Below, piece after piece: positions 1 to 10,073 of a stretch of DNA of 64,000 nt (its first letter is position 1; the number at the start of each line of letters is the position of its first letter). This DNA comes from an uncultured Bacteroidales bacterium (GTDB lineage Bacteria; Bacteroidota; Bacteroidia; Bacteroidales; ML635J-15), in the NCBI GenBank assembly GCA_937982115.1, contig CALJNE010000008.1:635-64634 (forward strand), given 5' to 3'. The notes below the pieces were generated by a model that was not told the DNA's origin, did not search any database, and worked only from the letters and a program-made list of their open reading frames with translations. The position numbers and the translations under genes were made by a program.

Positions 1-2277
1 TCTATTCCTTATGGAACATCTACAACACTCACAGGATCAGCAGCCGGAGGTTCAGGTTTCTATAATTACTCATGGAATCCTGCCGTTCTGGTTGTAAATC
101 CTACTTTGAGTACAACAAATACTGTTAATTTAAATACCACAACTATATTTACACTTACAGCCACAGATCAAGTAACAGGATGTATCGGATCTGATCAGGT
201 TACTGTTACAGTTACAGGTGGTCCTTTGTCAGTAAATGCTTCAGCAACTAATACCGAAATATGTTTCGGTTCATCAACTCAATTGAATGCTTTAACATCA
301 GGAGGTTCAGGAACTTATTCATTCACATGGTCTTCAACTCCTGCAGGATTTAATTCCAATTACCAAAATCCAACAGTAAACCCGACAACTACCACAATCT
401 ACTCTGTAACTGTTTATGATGGATTTAATACAGCTTCTTCGAGTGTAACGATTACTGTTAATCCTCTTCCTGTTGCAAATGCCGGTGAAGACCAGGTAAT
501 TTGCGAAGGAAACAGTGCTACTTTAGTTGCTTCAGGAGGTGACAACTACTTGTGGAGTACTTTTGAAACAACAGCAAGCATTGTGGTTTCACCTGCAGTT
601 ACTACAACTTATACTGTAACAGTTTCTACAGTTAATGGTTGTACTGCAACTGATAACGTAACAGTAACAGTAAATCCGACTCCTGTTGTAAATGCAGGTG
701 ATGATGTTACTGTTTGTGAAAACGTTCTTGTTACTTTGAATGCTACCGGAGCTCCTACATTGACATGGAATAACGGTGTTGAAAATAACGTTCCGTTCTT
801 CCCGCCGTTAGGAACAACAGTTTATACCGTTGTTGGTACTAATGCGTTTGGATGTAGTGCTTCTGATCAATTAACTGTAACAGTTAATCCAAATCCTGTT
901 GCAAACGCCGGAGATGATGCTGCAATTTGCTTCGGCGAAAGTATCAATTTAACTGCAACCGGTGGTGATACTTACTCTTGGAGTACAGGTGATAATACTG
1001 CTACAATTACAGTAAGTCCTGTTAATACACTTACCTATACTGTTACTGTTTACAATACTTACGGATGTCAGGCTACTGATGATGTAACTGTAACAGTTAA
1101 TCCACTTCCTGTTGCCGACGCCGGTACAAATGAAACTATTTGTGAAGGCGGTGTTGTTACATTGAGTGCAGACGGTGGAGTAGATTATCTCTGGAGTACA
1201 AATGAAAATACTCAATCAATAACAGTAGCTCCTCTTACAACAACTACCTATCAGGTTACCGTTACAAATGAATATAACTGTTCAGCTGTTGATTTTGTAA
1301 CAGTATTTGTTAACGAAGTTCCTGATGTTCAGTTGGTTGTTACCAACGCTCAATGCGGTTCTTCTGACGGTGCTATTGAAGCTGTTGTAACAGGTGGATC
1401 GGGTACTTATATTTACACCTGGGATGAAAATACCGGATATCAAACCGGTCCAATAGCATCAAATCTTGGTGCAGGTATTTACTCAATCACTGTAAATGAC
1501 GGTAATTGTCCTGTTGTTGAAAGTGCTGAAGTAATTGAAGGAGCTCAACCTGTAGTCCTTATTGATGCTTCATCAACAGTAATTTGCGAAGGTGAATTTG
1601 TAACTTTAACAGCATCAGGTGCAGATTCTTATGAATGGATTCCTAATACCTACCTCGATACTAATGTTGGCGAAACAGTTGTTTCTACTCCTGCTCAGTC
1701 TATTACTTATACTGTTGTAGGTTATTCAGGAAACTGTTCTTCCACAGCATCTGTAGATATTACTGTAAACAGCTATCCAGTTGCATATTTCGTGTACAAC
1801 GATTTAGGAATGGGAGAATTTGAATTCTCAGATCTGTCATTAAATGCTGAGTCATACTTCTGGGATTTCGGTGACGGAACTAATGCTAATGTTCAAAATC
1901 CGGTACATGTTTATACAGAAGAAGGTGAATATACCGTTAGCTTAACAGTAACTAACTCTTGTGGTACCAGCTCTTATGATGTAGTCATAAATGTTGTTAT
2001 TACTAACATTGTAATTACTAATTCTAATGTAGCTCTAATGGTATATCCAAATCCGAATAACGGGCTATTCAACATAAATCTCGAAGGTGAATATACCGGT
2101 AAGATTTATCTCGAAGTATTCGATCTTGCAGGAAGAAAGATTATGATTGACGAATGGAATAAAGAAACATCCGAGTTTAATATTCCAATGGATTTCACTA
2201 CTCTTGCAAGAGGTGTTTACAACCTGAGAGTAATTGTTGGTGATGACGTTATCAACACTAATGTAATCTTTAGATAG
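1..2277 (+). CDS. T9SS-secreted large repeat surface protein/adhesin (Ig-like repeats, SprB-like repeat, PKD domain, type A CTD); 5' end lies outside the window
   Basis: Frame is open from base 1 (SIPYGTSTTLTGS...). Contains Thr/Val-rich beta repeats, an SprB-like unit (VTNAQCGSSDGAIEAVVTGGSG), a PKD motif (YFWDFGDG...NPVHVY) and a C-terminal YPNP...G.Y sorting domain. Confidence 0.85.
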   Translation, partial: SIPYGTSTTLTGSAAGGSGFYNYSWNPAVLVVNPTLSTTNTVNLNTTTIFTLTATDQVTGCIGSDQVTVTVTGGPLSVNASATNTEICFGSSTQLNALTSGGSGTYSFTWSSTPAGFNSNYQNPTVNPTTTTIYSVTVYDGFNTASSSVTITVNPLPVANAGEDQVICEGNSATLVASGGDNYLWSTFETTASIVVSPAVTTTYTVTVSTVNGCTATDNVTVTVNPTPVVNAGDDVTVCENVLVTLNATGAPTLTWNNGVENNVPFFPPLGTTVYTVVGTNAFGCSASDQLTVTVNPNPVANAGDDAAICFGESINLTATGGDTYSWSTGDNTATITVSPVNTLTYTVTVYNTYGCQATDDVTVTVNPLPVADAGTNETICEGGVVTLSADGGVDYLWSTNENTQSITVAPLTTTTYQVTVTNEYNCSAVDFVTVFVNEVPDVQLVVTNAQCGSSDGAIEAVVTGGSGTYIYTWDENTGYQTGPIASNLGAGIYSITVNDGNCPVVESAEVIEGAQPVVLIDASSTVICEGEFVTLTASGADSYEWIPNTYLDTNVGETVVSTPAQSITYTVVGYSGNCSSTASVDITVNSYPVAYFVYNDLGMGEFEFSDLSLNAESYFWDFGDGTNANVQNPVHVYTEEGEYTVSLTVTNSCGTSSYDVVINVVITNIVITNSNVALMVYPNPNNGLFNINLEGEYTGKIYLEVFDLAGRKIMIDEWNKETSEFNIPMDFTTLARGVYNLRVIVGDDVINTNVIFR
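457..1308 (+). repeat. Four intragenic 213-nt (71-aa) Ig-like repeats
   Basis: VNP.PV..AG units start at 457, 670, 883 and 1096, and the next VN is at 1309, giving an exact 213-nt period. Each unit has two Cys and a conserved Trp. Confidence 0.9.
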
Positions 2278-2297
2278 AAGATAAGTTAAACAATTAT

Positions 2298-2330
2298 AAA
2301 AAAGCTGCTCATCCGGGCAGCTTTTTTATT
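2298..2330 (+). terminator. Intrinsic terminator, probably bidirectional
   Basis: aaaaaagctgctcatccgggcagcttttttattt: GC-rich stem flanked by A and T runs directly after the adhesin stop. Confidence 0.85.
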
Positions 2331-2348
2331 TAAACGGCAATTTATATA

Positions 2349-2461
2349 ATGAATGTAATGCAGTAATCTTTAATAGCTTAGTCAAAGCTGTGGATAGGCT
2401 AGGCTCAATCACCTGTAAATGCCGGCATATTTGACATTTCAAGACTGATAGTTGGGTTCAT
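2349..2461. ncRNA. Candidate rod-shaped small RNA (6S/Bacteroidales-1-like by position)
   Basis: Nested stems ATGAA/TTCAT, CAG/CTG, TCTT/AAGA and GTCAAA/TTTGAC, plus G-U-containing stems on the + strand. It lies between two terminators downstream of rplT. Confidence 0.4.
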
Positions 2462-2478
2462 ATTGATAGGATAAAAAC

Positions 2479-2506
2479 AAAAAAGGCTGTAAAAACAGCC
2501 CTTTTG
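2479..2506 (-). terminator. Terminator of the thrS-infC-rpmI-rplT operon
   Basis: On the minus strand, GGCTGT-TTTT-ACAGCC is followed by TTTTTTGTTTTT. Confidence 0.8.
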
Positions 2507-2536
2507 TATTACCGGTAAGAAAATAATTTAAAATTC

Positions 2537-2881
2537 TTATTTAATTTTGTTGCAGATAGCTTCAAAAGTTTTAGGATGATTCATAGCTAAATCAGCTAAA
2601 ACTTTACGATTTAACTGAATGTTATTAGCATGAATTTTTCCCATAAACTGCGAATAACTCATTCCATGTAAGCGAGCGCCGGCATTGATACGCTGAATCC
2701 ACAATGAGCGGAAATTGCGTTTCTTTGTTTTTCTATCTCTGTAAGCATACTGTAAAGCTTTTTCGTATGCGTTTTTTGCTACTGTCCAGACATTTTTTCT
2801 GGCTCCGAAATAACCTTTTGTGCGGGCAAGAATTTTTCTTCTTCTATTTCTTGCAGCTACAACATTTACACTTCTTGGCAT
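2537..2881 (-). CDS. rplT: 50S ribosomal protein L20
   Basis: MPRSVN...[11 protein letters not shown]...[24 protein letters not shown]. Confidence 0.99.
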   Translation of the reverse strand: MPRSVNVVAARNRRRKILARTKGYFGARKNVWTVAKNAYEKALQYAYRDRKTKKRNFRSLWIQRINAGARLHGMSYSQFMGKIHANNIQLNRKVLADLAMNHPKTFEAICNKIK

Positions 2882-2959
2882 AGTTTTACGTTTTGTGAAT
2901 GTTCAGCGTTCACTCTATTGTGACTCTTTTGGGCTGTAACATTCGGTTAATACTAATTT

Positions 2960-3157
2960 TTACTTTAATCCTAAACACTTTTTAATGTTGTTAACATCAG
3001 CCTTATCAACTAAAGTTGTATGAGTTAAGGCTCTTTTACGCTTTGTTGTCTTTTTGGTTAAAATATGACTTTTGTAAGCGTGTTTTCTCTTAATTTTACC
3101 GGTTCCTGTTAAAAAGAATCTTTTCTTTGCACCGGATTTTGTCTTCATTTTTGGCAT
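2960..3157 (-). CDS. rpmI: 50S ribosomal protein L35
   Basis: [34 protein letters not shown]. Confidence 0.99.
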   Translation of the reverse strand: MPKMKTKSGAKKRFFLTGTGKIKRKHAYKSHILTKKTTKRKRALTHTTLVDKADVNNIKKCLGLK

Positions 3158-3182
3158 CGCTTCTTAATTTTTAAAGTTATTA

Positions 3183-3719
3183 CTATTTTTTCTTACCGGA
3201 TTTTGGTGTTATTATTATTTGCATTCTTTTTCCTTCGAGTTTTGGCATCTGATCTATTTTACCATATTCTTCCAGATCTTGAGCAAGTCTAAGCAATAAT
3301 ACTTCGCCTTGTTCTTTGTATAATATAGATCTTCCTTTAAAATATACTGCTGCTTTTACTTTGTTACCTTCAGAAAGAAATTTTTGAGCATGTTTTAATT
3401 TAAAATTGTAATCGTGATCGTCGGTATTTGGTCCAAACCTGATCTCTTTTATCTGTACTTTTTGAGTTTTGCTCTGAATTTCTTTTTGTTTTTTCTTTTG
3501 TTGATATAGAAATTTTTGATAATCAATAATCTTACATACCGGAGGATCAACATTAGGCGAAATTTCGACTAAATCCAATTCCATTTCATCAGCCATCTGT
3601 AACGCTTCTCTTAATCTGTAAATCCCCTGATTGGGAATATTGTCTCCAACTAATCTTACAAATGGAGCTTTTATATATTGATTTATTCTGTACTCGTCTT
3701 TTTTATCGTCTTTCTTCAT
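3183..3719 (-). CDS. infC: Translation initiation factor IF-3
   Basis: YRIN..I...[38 protein letters not shown]; sits between thrS and rpmI. Confidence 0.98.
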   Translation of the reverse strand: MKKDDKKDEYRINQYIKAPFVRLVGDNIPNQGIYRLREALQMADEMELDLVEISPNVDPPVCKIIDYQKFLYQQKKKQKEIQSKTQKVQIKEIRFGPNTDDHDYNFKLKHAQKFLSEGNKVKAAVYFKGRSILYKEQGEVLLLRLAQDLEEYGKIDQMPKLEGKRMQIIITPKSGKKK

Positions 3720-3744
3720 GCTTAAATTTTCTTCTACCTCCTTT

Positions 3745-5688
3745 TTAATTATTAAAATATTTTTTTATCTCATCATTTATAAATTCTGCAAACTTTTCTA
3801 CAGCCATCGAGCCTAAATCTCCATGACCTTGTTTTCTGACAGAAACTGTTTCTTCGGCTTCCTCTTTTTCTCCTACTATTAACAAATAAGGAATTCGTTT
3901 TAATTCGTTATCGCGAATTTTACGCCCTATCTTTTCATTTCTGTCATCAATTTCGCCGCGAATATCGTATTTTTTTAACAAATTCACAACTTTTTTTGCA
4001 TAATCATTATATTTTTCACTGATTGGCAGCACTACAAACTGTTTTGGCGTGAGCCATATAGGAAATTTTCCGGCTGTATGTTCGATTAATACTGCAACAA
4101 ATCTTTCCATTGAACCAAAAATGGCTCTATGAATCATTATCGGACGATGCATTTCATTATCCGAACCTTTGTATTCTAGCTCAAATCTTTCAGGTAAATT
4201 ATAATCTACTTGAATTGTTCCCAATTGCCAATTTCTTCCTAAGGCATCTTTTACTATAAAGTCAAGTTTTGGTCCGTAAAATGCTGCTTCGCCTAATTCA
4301 ATTGTTGGGTTTAATCCCATTTCGGTTGCGGCTTCTTGTATAGCTTTTTCTGCTTTTTCCCAGTTCTCTTCGCTTCCGATGTATTTGGTTTTATCGTTAG
4401 GATCTCTTAATGATATTTGTGATTTAAAATCATTGAAATTCAATGACTTAAATACATATAAAACAAGCTCAATGATTTTTTTAAATTCATCTTTTACCTG
4501 ATCCGGACGGCAAAATACATGAGCATCATCTTGTGTAAAGCATCTTACTCTGGTAAGCCCGTGTAATTCTCCGTGTTGCTCGTAGCGATATACTGTGCCA
4601 AATTCAGCTATTCTGTATGGTAAATCTCTGTATGAAAATTGTCTGGATTTGTAAATCTCAACATGATGAGGACAGTTCATGGGTTTGAGCATGAAAGCTT
4701 CGCCTTCTGCCGGTGTTTGTATGGGTTGGAATGAATCCTTCCCGTATTTTTCGTAATGTCCTGATGTTTTATATAAATCAATATGCCCGATATGAGGAGT
4801 TTTTACCATCTCATAATCGCGTTTTTTCAGTTCTTCGGTAAGCCAGGATTCTAATTTTTCGCGAAGAAGAGTGCCTTGTGGCAACCATAGTGCCATGCCG
4901 AGACCTACCTTTGGCGAAAAATGAAATAATTCAAGCTCTTTGCCTATTTTTCTATGATCGCGTTTTTTTGCTTCTTCGAGCATTAAAAGATATTCTTCGA
5001 GCATCTTTTGTTTTGGAAAACTTATCCCATAAACTCTTGTTAATTGCTTACGAGTTTCGTCTCCTCTCCAATATGCTCCGGCAAGGCTTAAAACTTTTAT
5101 GGCCTTTATATATCCGGTCGAAGGAAGATGGGGACCACGACATAGGTCAACAAAGTTTCCTTGCGAATACAAACTTATGGTTCCGTCTTCAAGTTCTGAA
5201 ATAAGCTCTAATTTGTATTCGTCATTTTTTTGTTTAAAATAATTTATAGCTTCTTCTTTACCGACTTCTTTGCGAACAATTTTATTGTTTTGCTGGCATA
5301 TTTCCATCATTTTTTTGTTAATCGCCTCGAAGTCGTTTTCAGAAAGAACTCGTCCGTTTGGCAATTCTATATCATAATAAAATCCATTCTCTACTGCAGG
5401 ACCGATTCCGAATTTTGTTCCCGGAAAAAGAGATTCTATTGCTTCGGCCATAACGTGAGCTGACGAGTGCCAGAACGCATGTTTGCCTTCCTCTTCCTCG
5501 AATTTGTGCAATTTTATTTTTGCATCAAAATCAATTGCACGGGTTAGATCCCATACTTCTTCATTTACGCTTATTGACAAAACTTCTTTTGCCAATCTCG
5601 GGCTGATGTTTTCAGCTATTTCGAGACCGGTAACACCTTTTGGGTATTCTCGTACTGATCCATCCGGTAATGTTATTTTTATCATCAC
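3745..5688 (-). CDS. thrS: Threonine--tRNA ligase
   Basis: TGS domain (ITLPDGS), [35 protein letters not shown]. Confidence 0.99.
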   Translation of the reverse strand: MMIKITLPDGSVREYPKGVTGLEIAENISPRLAKEVLSISVNEEVWDLTRAIDFDAKIKLHKFEEEEGKHAFWHSSAHVMAEAIESLFPGTKFGIGPAVENGFYYDIELPNGRVLSENDFEAINKKMMEICQQNNKIVRKEVGKEEAINYFKQKNDEYKLELISELEDGTISLYSQGNFVDLCRGPHLPSTGYIKAIKVLSLAGAYWRGDETRKQLTRVYGISFPKQKMLEEYLLMLEEAKKRDHRKIGKELELFHFSPKVGLGMALWLPQGTLLREKLESWLTEELKKRDYEMVKTPHIGHIDLYKTSGHYEKYGKDSFQPIQTPAEGEAFMLKPMNCPHHVEIYKSRQFSYRDLPYRIAEFGTVYRYEQHGELHGLTRVRCFTQDDAHVFCRPDQVKDEFKKIIELVLYVFKSLNFNDFKSQISLRDPNDKTKYIGSEENWEKAEKAIQEAATEMGLNPTIELGEAAFYGPKLDFIVKDALGRNWQLGTIQVDYNLPERFELEYKGSDNEMHRPIMIHRAIFGSMERFVAVLIEHTAGKFPIWLTPKQFVVLPISEKYNDYAKKVVNLLKKYDIRGEIDDRNEKIGRKIRDNELKRIPYLLIVGEKEEAEETVSVRKQGHGDLGSMAVEKFAEFINDEIKKYFNN

Positions 5689-5701
5689 AAAAAAATTTTT
5701 G

Positions 5702-5709
5702 CAAAATTA
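5702..5709 (-). promoter_or_regulatory. Bacteroidota -7 promoter box for thrS
   Basis: Minus strand reads TAATTTTG (consensus TAnnTTTG) just upstream of the start codon. Confidence 0.6.
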
Positions 5710-5806
5710 CAAAAAGTTTTTGATATTGAAATAGTCTAATTGTTATTATCGGTAATATTTTAATTACATTATTTGGTGATTTTATCCAAAATACTATTTT
5801 TGTTAA

Positions 5807-6826
5807 GTGAAAATTTTAATTTACATATCAAGTTTGCTGCTATTTTTGTTTTATTGCAATTGTTTGATTGCCCAGCAGCAAGAGGAATTAATATCTGTTG
5901 TTGCTCAAAAAGGTGATGGAATTTATAAAATTTTACGCGAAAACGATTTAATCCCAATCAAAGATTATTACGATGCTTTTATTGAACTCAATAAAGATAA
6001 AATCAAAGATAATCATTCATTGATTGTGGGGGAGAAATATTATTTGCCGGCTAAAGTTGGACAAACTCCCAATGTTACAAATGACACAATCATAAAATCA
6101 AACAATCTTGGGAAGTCTGAATTAAAGTACGCCGATACTATAGTAAGCGATAAACTGAAAGGTGCTGTTTTTTATTTGATTCCTGGTCATGGAGGTCCGG
6201 ATCCGGGAGCAACTGCTTTTGTGGATGGAGTTATGATTTCCGAAGATGAGTATGCTTATGATATTTGTCTGAGGTTAGCCCGCCAGATCGAAATGAACGG
6301 AGGAGTGGCAAATATGATCATTATTGATCCGAATGACGAAATAAGAGATGACAGAATCCTTAAAATTGATTATGATGAACTTTGCTATCCCGACCTGGAG
6401 ATTCCTCGCGACCATAACCAGAGATTATTGCAGCGTTCAAAAGCAGTTAATGATTTATATAAACAAAATTCGCAATATAAATATCACCGTGCAATAGAAA
6501 TTCATCTTGACTCCAGAGGAAGCGGAGTTACTACTGATGTGTTTTTTTATTATTTTCCTAACAGTGCAAAAGGCAAAAAAACCGCAGAAAATATTCATAA
6601 AACTTTTACCGAAAAATATGCAAAACATCAACCTAACAGAGGCTACAACGGAACTGTTTCGGAACGAAATCTTTTGGTAATGCGTAAAGTTTTACCTCCA
6701 TTGGTATTTATCGAACTCGGGAATGTACAAAACGAAAGAGATCGCAAAAGGTTTTTGGATTACAACAATCGAGAAGCTTTAGCTAAATGGATTTGCGAAG
6801 GATTAATAAAGGATTTTTCGAATTAA
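5807..6826 (+). CDS. N-acetylmuramoyl-L-alanine amidase (Amidase_3) with an N-terminal LysM-like domain
   Basis: Signal peptide; LysM-like AQKGDGIYKIL...LIVGEKYYLP; Zn/catalytic motifs PGHGG.DPGA, SEDEY, IHLD, IELG. Confidence 0.88.
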   Translation: MKILIYISSLLLFLFYCNCLIAQQQEELISVVAQKGDGIYKILRENDLIPIKDYYDAFIELNKDKIKDNHSLIVGEKYYLPAKVGQTPNVTNDTIIKSNNLGKSELKYADTIVSDKLKGAVFYLIPGHGGPDPGATAFVDGVMISEDEYAYDICLRLARQIEMNGGVANMIIIDPNDEIRDDRILKIDYDELCYPDLEIPRDHNQRLLQRSKAVNDLYKQNSQYKYHRAIEIHLDSRGSGVTTDVFFYYFPNSAKGKKTAENIHKTFTEKYAKHQPNRGYNGTVSERNLLVMRKVLPPLVFIELGNVQNERDRKRFLDYNNREALAKWICEGLIKDFSN

Positions 6827-6877
6827 AAATTTAAAAAAATAATACCTCCAAAAAAATATCATGTAAAATTTTTAGTT

Positions 6878-6885
6878 TATATTTG
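6878..6885 (+). promoter_or_regulatory. -7 promoter box
   Basis: TATATTTG 14 nt upstream of the ATG at 6900. Confidence 0.55.
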
Positions 6886-6899
6886 TAAAAAAATAGAAT

Positions 6900-8438
6900 A
6901 TGAAAAAACAGCATTTAATTTTTAATTTGATTTCTGCAGTTTTTTTTTCAGTTGTATTTTATAGAAATTATTTAGGACTGAATGTATTTCTTTTTTCTAT
7001 TTTGGCAATTATTATTATGGTATATTTGAACAAACCATTACGCCGTACCTTTCTTACAGATTTTCTTTTTGTAGCAACAGTTTTGAGTTCTATAATGTTT
7101 GTAATACACAATTCTTCGTGGAATTTGTTTTTAAATATAATATTTCTTCTTTGCCTAAGTACAGAATTGTTTTATGGAGGTTTTAGGTCTTTTTCTAATA
7201 ATTTAGCCGAAAGTATTGTCAGATTATTTACTTCTCAGATAAGCATATTTTTACCTTGGATTAAACAATCTAATTATATTCAAAAAAACCAAATTCCGAG
7301 TTCTCAAAATAAAATTAGCTTTAGCAAAATATTTTATTTAATTTTAATTCCTTTTATAATTTTTATACTATTCTTTATAATTTATTCTAATGCTAGTTCA
7401 ATATTTTTTGATAAATTTGAATTAATTATATATTATGTTGTCCATTTCATAACAAATATAAATCTCGTTTTTGTATTTCTTTTTATTTTTGGTTTTATAA
7501 TAGGAAATGTTTTATATATGAAAACAATTCCCATAGGTTTTAAAAAGATAGATTCTTTTACAGAGGATACTTTACAAAGAAGGAGGAAGATGCATTACAA
7601 AAAATTTAAAATTACCGGTATTAGAAATATTTATTATAGTGGTTTAGTGATATTTGTTTTATTAAATCTTTTGATATTATATTTTAATATTTTAGATATC
7701 ATATATATATGGTTTGGGTTTAAATGGGATGGAAGTTTCTTAAAAGAATTTGTACATGAAGGAACTTGGTTATTAGTTTTTTCAGTATTTCTTTCTGCTA
7801 TTATAGTTATGATATTTTTTAAAGATAATATAAATTTCTACTCTAAAAATAAGTGGTTAAAAGTATTAGCTGTAGTATGGTTATTGCAGAATATGATAAT
7901 GGTAATTTCCGTATTTATACGAAATTATTATTATATTTATTATTTTGGGCTTGCTTATAAACGAATTGCTGTAATGTTTTTCCTCTTATTAGTATTTTTT
8001 GGATTATTTACAGTTATAATAAAAATATTAAAACTTAAGTCTTCATTTTATTTATGGAGAATTAACGGATGGGCATTTATTATTGTAATTTTTTTATCAG
8101 GATTTATAAATTGGGATGTATTTATTGCAAGATATAATTTTAAAAATGCAGATAGATCTTTTATAGATTTTAGATTTATGTCAGAATTAGGATATGCCGC
8201 ATTGCCATATACCTATAAATCTGATAAGGAATTGGATGAAATTATGAAAATGCAGGAACAAGCAATGCCTTTTAATATTCATCATAAATACTTTTATACC
8301 ACCAATATTTATAAATTCAAATTACTAAAAAAATTAAAGAGTTTTGAATATAAATATAATAGAAATAATTTACTTGGTTGGAATTATGCTGACTATAAAA
8401 CTATAAAAATACTCAAAGAACGAGGTATTTTAAAATAG
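6900..8438 (+). CDS. DUF4153/DUF4173-family multi-pass membrane protein
   Basis: Many TM segments; VHEG...L.FS, Y...YGLAYKRI.V..F, INWD.FIARYN motifs. Confidence 0.75.
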   Translation: MKKQHLIFNLISAVFFSVVFYRNYLGLNVFLFSILAIIIMVYLNKPLRRTFLTDFLFVATVLSSIMFVIHNSSWNLFLNIIFLLCLSTELFYGGFRSFSNNLAESIVRLFTSQISIFLPWIKQSNYIQKNQIPSSQNKISFSKIFYLILIPFIIFILFFIIYSNASSIFFDKFELIIYYVVHFITNINLVFVFLFIFGFIIGNVLYMKTIPIGFKKIDSFTEDTLQRRRKMHYKKFKITGIRNIYYSGLVIFVLLNLLILYFNILDIIYIWFGFKWDGSFLKEFVHEGTWLLVFSVFLSAIIVMIFFKDNINFYSKNKWLKVLAVVWLLQNMIMVISVFIRNYYYIYYFGLAYKRIAVMFFLLLVFFGLFTVIIKILKLKSSFYLWRINGWAFIIVIFLSGFINWDVFIARYNFKNADRSFIDFRFMSELGYAALPYTYKSDKELDEIMKMQEQAMPFNIHHKYFYTTNIYKFKLLKKLKSFEYKYNRNNLLGWNYADYKTIKILKERGILK

Positions 8439-8458
8439 TGGTTTTATTTTGAAATAGT

Positions 8459-9892
8459 TTAATCTCTAACAAGTCCGAGCTTATTCCCTAATTCAATCAT
8501 AAGTTTAAATGCAGACTCTTTTTCGTTTGGAATTTCACCGTCGAGAATGGCATCTTTAATGGCATTCTTTATTTCACCAACAGTTTTGCAAGGCGGGATA
8601 TTAAAATATTGCATAATTTCTTCGCCACTAATAGGTGGCTGAAAATTTCGGATTTTATCTCTTTCTTCGACTTCAACGATCTTTTGTCTAACAATTTTAA
8701 AGTTCTCTAAGTACTGAGCAACTTTCTTCTCGTTTTTTGAGGTAATGTCGGCTTCGCAAAGTGTCATTAACGAGTCAATATCGTTACCTGCATCAAAAAT
8801 CAAGCGACGAATGGCAGAATCTGTAACTGTTTCTTCAACCAATGCTATTGGTCGCATGTGAAGTTCTACCATTTTTTGCACAAAATTCATTTTTTCGTTC
8901 TGCGGCAGTTTCAATTTTTTGAAAATTTCCGGAACCATTTTAGCTCCAACAAAATTATGTGCATGGAAAGTCCAGCCTGTTGCTTCGACGAATTTCTTTG
9001 TTCGCGGTTTTCCGATATCGTGCAATAGAGCAGCCCATCTGAGCCATAAGTCGTCGGAAAGTAAGGCGATATTGTCAACAACTTGTAAAGTGTGTAAAAA
9101 ATTGTCTTTGTGGGAAATGTCGTTTTGAGTGCTTACGCCTGACAGTGCATGAAGTTCCGGAAAAATTATATCCAGCAGTCCGCTTTTAAATAATAGTTTA
9201 AAACCTACCGAAGGTTTAGGGCTTAATAATATCTTATTGAGTTCTGTATGAATTCTTTCGGCAGTTATAATCTTTATTCTTTCTTTATTTTTTGCAATGG
9301 CTACAAAGCAATTTTCATCTATCCTGAAATCAAGCTGAGTGGCAAATCTTACAGCCCTAAGCATTCTTAACGGATCATCCGAGAAGGTAATTTCGGGGTC
9401 AAGGGGAGTTTTTATTATTCTGTTTTTAAGGTCTTCAACTCCATTGAAAGGGTCAACAAGTTTACCTAAAGTTTCTTTATTCAGGCTTATTGCCAGAGCA
9501 TTAATGGTAAAATCCCGCCTCTTCTGGTCATCTTCGATAGTACCTTGTTCTACTTTCGGATTTCGCGACTCGGGAGAGTAAGATTCTTTTCTGGCACCGA
9601 CAAACTCGTATTCAGCATCATTCCAAACAAACATTGCAGTGCCGTAAGTCTTGAAAATACTAACCTTTTTTATTCCAATATTTTCGGCAACTTTTTTAGC
9701 AAACTCAATACCGTCGCCTTTTACAACAAAATCAATATCTTTAGGTTCACTACGATTTAACAACCTGTCTCGAACATAACCACCAATCACATAAACCTCA
9801 GCAGATAAATCCTCGGCTACCTCACCAACAATTTTAAAAATTGGCTTATCAATAAAACTTAAAATATTTTGTTCATCAAAAATCACAGCCAC
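8459..9892 (-). CDS. cca: CCA tRNA nucleotidyltransferase with HD domain
   Basis: YVIGGYVRD, DIDF, DQKRRDFTINALA, FSDDPLRMLRAVRFA, LLHDIGKP. Confidence 0.93.
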   Translation of the reverse strand: MAVIFDEQNILSFIDKPIFKIVGEVAEDLSAEVYVIGGYVRDRLLNRSEPKDIDFVVKGDGIEFAKKVAENIGIKKVSIFKTYGTAMFVWNDAEYEFVGARKESYSPESRNPKVEQGTIEDDQKRRDFTINALAISLNKETLGKLVDPFNGVEDLKNRIIKTPLDPEITFSDDPLRMLRAVRFATQLDFRIDENCFVAIAKNKERIKIITAERIHTELNKILLSPKPSVGFKLLFKSGLLDIIFPELHALSGVSTQNDISHKDNFLHTLQVVDNIALLSDDLWLRWAALLHDIGKPRTKKFVEATGWTFHAHNFVGAKMVPEIFKKLKLPQNEKMNFVQKMVELHMRPIALVEETVTDSAIRRLIFDAGNDIDSLMTLCEADITSKNEKKVAQYLENFKIVRQKIVEVEERDKIRNFQPPISGEEIMQYFNIPPCKTVGEIKNAIKDAILDGEIPNEKESAFKLMIELGNKLGLVRD

Positions 9893-9909
9893 AAAATAAA
9901 AACAGACCG

Positions 9910-9917
9910 CAAAGTTA
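9910..9917 (-). promoter_or_regulatory. -7 promoter box for cca
   Basis: Minus strand reads TAACTTTG. Confidence 0.55.
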
Positions 9918-10001
9918 CAAAAGATAAAAGATATTTGAAAGAGATTACACCAATCTTCCCCATGTTACTTTATATTTTAATCTTTCTGAACAAAAATTAA
10001 T

Positions 10002-10009
10002 TATATTTG
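10002..10009 (+). promoter_or_regulatory. -7 promoter box for trxA
   Basis: TATATTTG upstream of the thioredoxin gene. Confidence 0.5.
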
Positions 10010-10073
10010 TTAATATATTGAAATTAAAATTTAGAATTAAATCAATTATTAGCTAACATAAAAAATTGAAAAA

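Noticed and set aside
2328-2460. About 44 open codons on the minus strand containing CQIC
   Set aside because: No good start codon, no recognisable family, and it overlaps the predicted RNA structure.
6900-8438. Very low GC of the DUF4173 gene (and the ccs genes) as a sign of horizontal transfer
   Set aside because: Phe/Ile/Leu/Asn/Lys-rich membrane proteins explain the bias; there are no mobility genes, att sites or flanking repeats.
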